From the NCBI GenBank assembly GCA_964632315.1, contig CAZWEM010000033.1:1-22631 (forward strand): a stretch of DNA of 22,631 nt. The letters run 5' to 3'. Shown piece after piece: positions 15,963 to 22,631 of the stretch. Below the pieces are notes generated by a model. That model had not been told where the DNA came from, searched no databases, and was given only the letters and a program-made list of their open reading frames with translations. Source of the stretch: an uncultured archaeon (GTDB taxonomy: Archaea; Asgardarchaeota; Lokiarchaeia; Sigyniarchaeales; SOKP01). How positions within the stretch are numbered: position 1 is the first letter of the stretch; each line of letters opens with the position of its first letter. Position numbers and translations under genes: made by a program.

Positions 15963-17696
15963 TCACATTGAAATTGACCCTTCTCTGAAATTAGTCTTTC
16001 CGATCAGTGCATTTATAAGAACTGGTTTTCCATTTTTACAGATATCTTTAGCTTCTTTAAGGATTCTCATTACATCTTTTGGATCGTTCACAACCAATCC
16101 TTCGGCTCCATATCCTTTTGCGACTGCATGGTAATCACTGTACTTCAATGTTGTTGCTACATCGTCCCCTAAATATTTGACTTGATCGCGTTGTATTTGA
16201 GTCCATCCCCCATCGTTTCCTATGATTCCGATAACTGAAATATTATGTCTCACGAATGTATCAAATTCTGTTATACTATAACCAGCAGCTCCATCTCCGT
16301 ATATAAGCCATACTTCACTTCCAGGATTTAGTAATTTCGCAGATAACGCAAAACCCGCACCCGCACCCAACGTCCCAAAAGCTCCAGCATCTATCCATTT
16401 CAAAGAACCAGTTGGTTTCACTAAATAAGAAGCAGTAGCTATAAAATCGCCCCCATCAACGATAATAATGCTATCATCATCCATCAAGCTTTCAATGTCT
16501 TGACATAGCTTTAATGGATTAATGTGCTCCGTTTTCTCATTCATAAATTGTTCGATTTTATTTATTCCTTCTTTTTCCCTCTCTCTCAGTATATTAATCC
16601 AATCACTAAAATCTTTATCGATTTTCTCTTCTTGAACGATCATTTGAAGAAAGTATGATGCATCTGCTTGGACTGCTAAATCTGGTTTGCGATTTTTTTC
16701 CAGTTCTTTCCCGCTCCTATTAATTGAAATTAAATAGGCGTTAGGATTTATGGACCTACCATAATTTAGTCTAAAATCTTGAGGCATTCCTGCTAGTACA
16801 ACTAAATCAGCTTCCTTTAATGCCATACTTCGCTTATAGCGAAAATACAAAGGATGATCTTTTCCTAATAAACCCCGTGCCATTCCAGTTAAATAAACGG
16901 GAATTCCAAGATCTGCAACAGCATTTGAAAGATTTTCTGCTTCTTCAGCTTTAATCATTGCCTGACTTCCAATGATCATGACTGGTTTTTCAACATTATT
17001 AATTTGTGAAAGTGTCTTTTCCAAATCCTCTTCATCAATATGAAAAGGAATTATCTCATCTTGTTGTTTTTCTGATTTGATTTCTATGTTGGAACAAGCA
17101 AAAAGTTTATCGACGTGTCTTCTTAGATACCAACCAGTTAATTTTTGTTTGATTGAGTCTTGGCTTCTTGATTCAATGTTATACCATTTCCTTACAAGTT
17201 CTTCATCGTATAATAAGTCAATCGGACATTCTAAAAATACCGGTCCCGGTATCCCAGATTGAGCCACATCGAAAGCTTCTTCCAACATCGGTACAATATC
17301 GCAATTTTCCTCAATCTTAGATGCCCATTTTACAGTAGTCTCAAGAAGTTTAATTTGCTCGATATCTTGTAGTGCGCCCCTCCCTTTTAATACTGTTGCA
17401 ACGGCTCCACCAAGTAAGATTATTGGTGATTCTGCTAATTGGGCATTCTTTAAAGCTGTTATTGAATTAGTAACCCCTGGTCCTGCGGTTACCGCAGCAA
17501 CTCCTGGATTCCCAGTAAATCTAGCCATTGCATCAGCTGCAAAGACGGCTGTTGCTTCATGTCGAACATCGATAACCCTTATTCCATTCTTTTTCGCACC
17601 AACAATTATGGGAGAAATGTGTCCCCCGCATAATGTGAATAAATACTTAACTTTCTTCTCTTGAAGCACTTCACCAATTATATATCCTCCATTCAT
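15963..17696 (-). CDS. Thiamine-diphosphate enzyme of the acetolactate-synthase-like family, ILVBL/HACL2-like (putative 2-hydroxyacyl-CoA lyase)
   Basis: [43 protein letters not shown] motif GDGAAGY...GND and C-terminus [12 protein letters not shown]. Confidence 0.85.
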   Translation of the reverse strand: MNGGYIIGEVLQEKKVKYLFTLCGGHISPIIVGAKKNGIRVIDVRHEATAVFAADAMARFTGNPGVAAVTAGPGVTNSITALKNAQLAESPIILLGGAVATVLKGRGALQDIEQIKLLETTVKWASKIEENCDIVPMLEEAFDVAQSGIPGPVFLECPIDLLYDEELVRKWYNIESRSQDSIKQKLTGWYLRRHVDKLFACSNIEIKSEKQQDEIIPFHIDEEDLEKTLSQINNVEKPVMIIGSQAMIKAEEAENLSNAVADLGIPVYLTGMARGLLGKDHPLYFRYKRSMALKEADLVVLAGMPQDFRLNYGRSINPNAYLISINRSGKELEKNRKPDLAVQADASYFLQMIVQEEKIDKDFSDWINILREREKEGINKIEQFMNEKTEHINPLKLCQDIESLMDDDSIIIVDGGDFIATASYLVKPTGSLKWIDAGAFGTLGAGAGFALSAKLLNPGSEVWLIYGDGAAGYSITEFDTFVRHNISVIGIIGNDGGWTQIQRDQVKYLGDDVATTLKYSDYHAVAKGYGAEGLVVNDPKDVMRILKEAKDICKNGKPVLINALIGKTNFREGSISM

Positions 17697-17702
17697 TTTA
17701 GA

Positions 17703-18095
17703 TCACCTTTTCTTTAGAACATGAACCTCAGGAATGAAACAAGTAAAAATACCTTCAAAAACTAGATCATCTTTTCTATGCACTTCCACTTTTACCTCAC
17801 TTTTCTTTCCTTTTGAATTAATTACTGTTCCGTTAGCAATTAAAGTATCATTTAAAACAACAGGTTTTAAAAATTGCACTTTTGCTTTTCCTAACACTAC
17901 ATTTGGATGATTTATTGTAAGCATGGCACAATAGTCTGCAAGACTAAATATAAATCCTCCATGAACTAACCCAGTATCATCGACAATCATATTGTTGGTT
18001 GTTTTAAGTTTTAGTTTTGCAAAATTTTTTTTAAGTTCGATTGGGACTCCAGATAATTGCCCCTCTATTTTTTGATGTGTTTCTTGCTGGTTCAT
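17703..18095 (-). CDS. PaaI-like hotdog-fold thioesterase
   Basis: GLVHGGFIFSLADYCAM and VQFLKPV; 6 nt upstream of the TPP-enzyme gene, so probably co-transcribed. Confidence 0.85.
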   Translation of the reverse strand: MNQQETHQKIEGQLSGVPIELKKNFAKLKLKTTNNMIVDDTGLVHGGFIFSLADYCAMLTINHPNVVLGKAKVQFLKPVVLNDTLIANGTVINSKGKKSEVKVEVHRKDDLVFEGIFTCFIPEVHVLKKR

Positions 18096-18279
18096 TACTT
18101 ATCTTGAGGTCTATCTTTTACTCTAAACTTGGTAAAATTAGTACTAAATTTAAGTCCTCTCTCTAATTTTTAGAAGTTTAGTTCTAAAATTCAGTAACAA
18201 AAACCAGACTAAATTTAATTTAAATACAATCAATCAAATTGAGTGCATAACTAAAAAATAAAATTTTGTGAGAATAGAA

Positions 18280-19443
18280 ATGAGAAGTTATATAATCGCA
18301 TTAATTTTTGTTGGTGCCTTGATCATTGGAGGTACCATAGGATTCTTTGTTACTGGATTCGTAACTGCAAGTTCTATAAAAAAGGAGTCAACATTTTATT
18401 ATGATCCATCTTCACCTGATCTAATTGAATCTTTAGACATTTACAGTGATATTGGAGAAGTTTCAGTACAATATAATTCCTCAAACACACCTCATTATGC
18501 TACTATCGATGTGAATATCGAGATTGGTGGCCTTTTCATGCAAGGTAAATCTTATACTGACTTTTTTACCGCAGAATCAAACTGGTGGAATCCCTCTACA
18601 GCAGAATTCACTTTAAAGGTGAAACCAGATATTTGGTTTGATCCTTCTTATTGGTTTAAAGCATATAATGTTACAATCAATGTCTTGCTTAGAACAGATA
18701 TAGTTTATGATCTTACAGCAATCTCCTCTACAGGAGCAGTTAAGATGACTACTAAAAACGGTGTAGTTTTGAATAGTACAATTTTAGATACATCTACAGG
18801 ATCAGTCGCACTTACTTCAAGTACAAATGTTGAATTTCAAGGAATCGTCAAATTACATACGAGTACAGGCGGAGTAGCCCTCAATACATTAGAAAACTCA
18901 ACTTTCTTGGATTCCCTAACATTATCAACCAGTACCGGTAGCGTGAGTTTAACTTCGGATCGTACTACATTTTCGAAGGGATTTCAGTTAGATAGCTCAA
19001 CTGGTTCGGTAGAAATGCACATGAACAATTGCACCGTTGGAGATGATCTCATCGCAACTACATCCACCGGAAGCGTGATATTAGTGAGTACTGACATGAT
19101 TTACACAAATGATGTCAACATGCATTTAGAGACATCAACCGGGAGTATTAACGCCAATATTATACATAATAATGACTTAAACGCCAACATAACTGCACTG
19201 TTTAAAACTTCGACAGGAAGCGTGAATGTGGTCTATCGGGATTATAATTCAACGGATGGTTTTAGATTTACGAGCTCTACAAGTACTGGATCAGTCAATT
19301 ATACATTTCTAACTGCTGAAGCTGAAAGACTAGGAGATGTGCTTACGAGCCTTAATTATAATTATCCTTCTGTAGACACTTACACGTTTACTTGCACCAC
19401 ATCAACTGGTAGCGTAAATGTAGATGCGAGATCAACAATATAA
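18280..19443 (+). CDS. Membrane-anchored DUF4097/adhesin-like beta-strand repeat protein
   Basis: N-terminal TM helix (YIIALIFVGALIIGGTIGFFV), S/T/N-rich, with ten [TS]STG[SAG][VI] repeats. Confidence 0.75.
   Translation: MRSYIIALIFVGALIIGGTIGFFVTGFVTASSIKKESTFYYDPSSPDLIESLDIYSDIGEVSVQYNSSNTPHYATIDVNIEIGGLFMQGKSYTDFFTAESNWWNPSTAEFTLKVKPDIWFDPSYWFKAYNVTINVLLRTDIVYDLTAISSTGAVKMTTKNGVVLNSTILDTSTGSVALTSSTNVEFQGIVKLHTSTGGVALNTLENSTFLDSLTLSTSTGSVSLTSDRTTFSKGFQLDSSTGSVEMHMNNCTVGDDLIATTSTGSVILVSTDMIYTNDVNMHLETSTGSINANIIHNNDLNANITALFKTSTGSVNVVYRDYNSTDGFRFTSSTSTGSVNYTFLTAEAERLGDVLTSLNYNYPSVDTYTFTCTTSTGSVNVDARSTI
18724..19416 (+). repeat. Ten intragenic peptide repeats [TS]STG[SAG][VI]
   Basis: SSTGAV, TSTGSV, TSTGGV, TSTGSV, SSTGSV, TSTGSV, TSTGSI, TSTGSV, TSTGSV and TSTGSV. 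Codons differ between copies, so the repeat is conserved at protein level. Confidence 0.85.
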
Positions 19444-19463
19444 TTTTTTTTATCCTTTTTTTT
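19444..19463 (+). terminator. Oligo-T tracts, candidate archaeal terminator
   Basis: T8-ATCC-T8 directly after the stop at 19443, between convergent genes. Confidence 0.4.
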
Positions 19464-20070
19464 ATATTTTATTCATTGGATATTTTTCATAAAAAGTTTT
19501 AAAAATCGCTCTAAATGGCAAATCATGATTAGTACCACGATCCATTAAATATTCAACATATCTTTCGCCTTTCAATGTTTTTTCTGGAAGAATAGCATCA
19601 TTTATTCCATCAAATTCAACGGTTTTATATCCAAATTTATCACATAATTCCTTATTGAATGCAGGAGTAGCCTTAACCCATTTACCATCCAAATAGAAGT
19701 CAGTATATCCATGGTATAGAAAAATATCAGTACCTATTGTTGTTTTTAACTTATCAGGAGTTTGATAGTTCCTAATGTCTGCAAAATGAAGCCTAGCTGG
19801 TATTCCAACAGCACGCGAAAGGGCGGTTAGCACTATTGCTTTCTGAACGCACCATCCTTTTCCTTCTTGAATAATTCTAGATGCTTTATAATGCCTTTTC
19901 AGTGAAGATAAACTGTAAGCATCATATTTTATCTTGTCTCTGGTCCAGTAAAACAAATTTATTGCCTTTTGTCTTATATCATCAAGATCTGAAACTAGAT
20001 CTGATGTGGTATTTTGTACTAAATCTGAATCTGAATCAATAAAGTAAGTAGGCTGTAAGTATTTATCCAT
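19462..20070 (-). CDS. Transglutaminase-like cysteine protease family protein
   Basis: YLQPTYFIDSD, RDKIKY, GKGWCVQKA (Cys), RAVGIPARL, HGY (His) and WVKATPAF. Confidence 0.85.
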   Translation of the reverse strand: MDKYLQPTYFIDSDSDLVQNTTSDLVSDLDDIRQKAINLFYWTRDKIKYDAYSLSSLKRHYKASRIIQEGKGWCVQKAIVLTALSRAVGIPARLHFADIRNYQTPDKLKTTIGTDIFLYHGYTDFYLDGKWVKATPAFNKELCDKFGYKTVEFDGINDAILPEKTLKGERYVEYLMDRGTNHDLPFRAIFKTFYEKYPMNKI

Positions 20071-20171
20071 GGTTACTAATTTCCTAATGTATAAGGAATA
20101 AAAAAAGGAAACATTGATAAAATTTTTGGATGAAAACCATGTTTAATTAAAGAATTTCAATATTGACAATG

Positions 20172-20615
20172 TTAATCCGATTTATCCCAACAAAACATAT
20201 CATATGTCGGTTCATTGCTTAATTTTCCATCCTTAATCCAAATATTCTGACCTAATGGATTTTCTGAAATTATCTGAGCGATTCGAGGATCATGAGTCAC
20301 AATAATGATTGTTTTACCTTCTTCAGCTAAACTAATAAGAAGTTCAATGATTGATTTCCCAGTTTCAGAATCTAAATTACCCGTTGGTTCATCAGCTAGT
20401 ATAATTTTTGGATCATTAATCAATGCTCTAGCTATTGCAACTCTTTGCGATTCACCACCAGAAAGTTTTCTCACTTTACTTTGCCCATGATTCCCTAAAC
20501 CTACGCGATCTAATAAATATTGAGCTCTTTCTCGGTCTTCTTGCTTGATTTTATAAGGGATCAATGGAATTAGAACGTTTCCAATCACATCGAGATTGGG
20601 TAGTAAATAAAAGTT
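20172..20615 (-). pseudogene. 3' half of a LolD/MacB-type ABC ATPase; start codon and Walker A missing
   Basis: Begins at the Q-loop (NFYLLPNL). Contains LSGGESQRVAIARAL, ILADEPTGNLD and VTHD. The upstream DNA is nitrilase coding sequence, not ABC. Confidence 0.85.
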
Positions 20616-21181
20616 TGACAACAATGTCTTACTCTCCAAAAACCGTGTTCGCCAACACTATAGGAAGGACAGAATATTACTTTTGCACCTTTTCAGGTTA
20701 AAATTCTAATAACTTCTGGAAATTCCATTTCATAACATATTGCTATACCAAATGTGCCAAACTCTGATTTAAAAATTTCAAGGGTATCTCCGGGGATCAC
20801 TCCCATTTGTTTTTCTAAAGGAAAAAGATGAGTTTTACGATGTTTAAATATTGTTCCATCTGGAGAAAAGAGATGACTCATATTATATTCAATATCTCCC
20901 TCAATCACCAAATGAGACCCAGCAACTATATATTGATCATGTTCACGTGATAATTCAGAAAATAATTCCACGTAGTTATCAGTAAATTCTGGAATTTTGG
21001 AAAGATCATAATTAGGTAGAAGATATAGCAATTCAAAAATAAAGGTTTCAGGAAATACGACAAAATGAGAATCTTTTGTTTCTTCTAATAACTCTTCGAC
21101 ATTCTTAGCAAAATCTTCGAAAGTGTTGATTGATTTATATGCAAATTGAATACTACTCACAATCACATTATCCATGATCAT
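20615..21181 (-). pseudogene. Carbon-nitrogen hydrolase (nitrilase family) with internal TGA and truncated C-terminus
   Basis: Triad motifs VVFPE, RKTHLF and ICYEMEFPE. After TGA (20693-20695) the same frame continues KGAKVIFCPSYSVGEHGFWRVRHCCQ, then switches abruptly to ABC sequence. Confidence 0.85.
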
Positions 21182-21292
21182 AAGTTGTGAGAATTTTATT
21201 TAATAAATTTTATAATTTCTGTGTGAAAAAATTATGAGAATTCAGTATTAGCATGGATTTTTTGTTATTGATTGTAAGCTTATTAAATCGAT

Positions 21293-21676
21293 TTAGTGTC
21301 TTCTTATGATTAATTTATTATTAATACTTACAATTAAGGAATCTTCAGAGAAGGGTTTAATAATATATTCATCTACACCCAATTTTTTACCATACTCAAT
21401 CTCTTCAGGACTGGTACGAGCGGTCAAGAAAATAAATGGAATTTGGTTAAATATTTGATTTGAAGAAATCTTTGTAAAAAAGTCATATCCATTCATTTCA
21501 GGCATTAAAATATCACTAATAATTAAATCTGGGAGCCTCTCCATCGTTTCGAGTAACTTTAATGCTTCCTTTCCTTGTAATGCTGATACGACATCTAAAT
21601 TATGAGATGTTAATAACAGTTCTAAATTAAATATAAAGTCTTTATTATCATCCACAATCATTATAAGATTTTTCAT
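21293..21676 (-). CDS. Single-domain response regulator (receiver)
   Basis: IVDDN, IISDILMPEMNG (phospho-Asp), FLTA and YIIKPF. Confidence 0.92.
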   Translation of the reverse strand: MKNLIMIVDDNKDFIFNLELLLTSHNLDVVSALQGKEALKLLETMERLPDLIISDILMPEMNGYDFFTKISSNQIFNQIPFIFLTARTSPEEIEYGKKLGVDEYIIKPFSEDSLIVSINNKLIIRRH

Positions 21677-22079
21677 TAGTAAACACTTAACAACATTAGA
21701 AATAATGAAATATTAACTTATCCTAAAAAATTATCTTTTAATAATAAGCATAGATTTGTATTAAATATTTAACCTTAAAAATATAAAGAGATTATAAATG
21801 TAATTATGAATTGGAATTTTTAATTTAATGAAATTTTGATTGTATAATGATTAAGAGGAATGATTTAATATAAAGAGAAATGAGGACGAATACCTATGTT
21901 GAATACTTAAAACTTGGATTAGAATTCGTCAAAAACTTACAATAATTAAATATGTTGACTTAATATGATAGAGTATACTGAATATTTTAATAATTGCTAC
22001 TACGTTGTCTCCATCGTTTAGAAAAAAAACTTATTTTCAAAGTTAAAATAATGAAGTTATATCACATAAGGTTTTATCA

Positions 22080-22631
22080 ATGGAAAAAAAAAGGGATTCC
22101 GGGATTGAATTTTTAGGTAAAATTACGTGGGGTACTCATTTTTGCCAATTTTATGAAACAAGAGAAGATTTAGTAGAACTATTAGTACCGTATTTTAAAG
22201 CAGGATTAGAAAATAATGAATTTTGCATGTGGGTTACTTCTGAACCACTCAATGTTGAAGATGTTATAATGATTATGAGCAATAGAATTCAAAATTTTGA
22301 CCAGTATATAAATAAAGGTCAAATAGAAATCCTTCCTTACACCAAATGGTACCTTATAGATAATGCTTTTAGATATCAAGAAGTCTTGAATGGCTGGATT
22401 GAAAAACTTGAAAAAGCATTAGATAACGGATTTGATGGTTTAAGATTAACGGGAAACACATTTTGGTTAGAAAAAACAAACCTTTGGAGTGATTTTTCCC
22501 ATTATGAGAATGAAATAAATAATGTCATAGGTAACTATAAAATGATTGCGATGTGCACTTATTCCTTTTCTCAATGTAGTATTAATGAGATTTTAGATGT
22601 AATGAATACTCATCAGTTCGCATTTTTAAAA
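22080..22631 (+). CDS. MEDS-domain sensor protein, 3'-truncated by the window edge
   Basis: Not in the ORF track because it has no stop in the window: MEKKRDSGIEFLGKITWGTHFCQFYET...YFKAGLENNEFCMWV...GFDGLRLTGNTFWL...YENEIN...AMCTY...HQFAF. Confidence 0.88.
   Translation, partial: MEKKRDSGIEFLGKITWGTHFCQFYETREDLVELLVPYFKAGLENNEFCMWVTSEPLNVEDVIMIMSNRIQNFDQYINKGQIEILPYTKWYLIDNAFRYQEVLNGWIEKLEKALDNGFDGLRLTGNTFWLEKTNLWSDFSHYENEINNVIGNYKMIAMCTYSFSQCSINEILDVMNTHQFAFLK

Noticed and set aside
20616-20639. TTG start of the 155-aa ABC ORF
   Set aside because: These bases encode nitrilase WRVRHCCQ in another frame; not a real ABC N-terminus.
21880-21945. 21-codon ORF MRTNTYVEYLKLGLEFVKNLQ with a GACGAAT/ATTCGTC dyad
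   Set aside because: Too short to distinguish from chance, no SECIS core, and no adjacent selenoprotein candidate.
1-22631. CRISPR arrays, tRNA/rRNA, transposases, global UGA reassignment
   Set aside because: No spaced DNA repeats, GC-rich structural RNA segments or transposase motifs were seen. TGA acts as the natural stop of the TPP enzyme and the thioesterase.

Overview
AT-rich, gene-dense window that is probably archaeal. GGTGA/GAGTGA-type Shine-Dalgarno motifs, oligo-T tracts after genes, a MEDS sensor and tandem 2-hydroxyacyl-CoA dehydratase and CCG paralogues fit an anaerobic Asgard/Lokiarchaeia-like organism; the taxonomy is inference. From left to right: three 2-hydroxyacyl-CoA dehydratase/benzoyl-CoA reductase family subunits (one partial beta-type, two close alpha-type paralogues); a block of sulfatase, divergent GH94-like glycoside phosphorylase and frameshifted secreted PKD protein, with a second sulfatase transcribed divergently; a DUF6125-like Cys-rich protein and two tandem ferredoxin-CCG Fe-S proteins; coiled-coil hypotheticals, pyroglutamyl peptidase I, an unannotated 56-aa ORF and a TGA-interrupted membrane ORF; TatD; an ILVBL/HACL2-like TPP enzyme with a hotdog thioesterase; a DUF4097-like repeat protein; a transglutaminase-like protein; a broken nitrilase joined directly to the 3' half of an ABC ATPase; and a stand-alone receiver protein divergent from a MEDS-domain gene. 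No rRNA, tRNA, CRISPR array or mobile element was recognised. All family assignments come from recognising motifs by eye, not from database searches.
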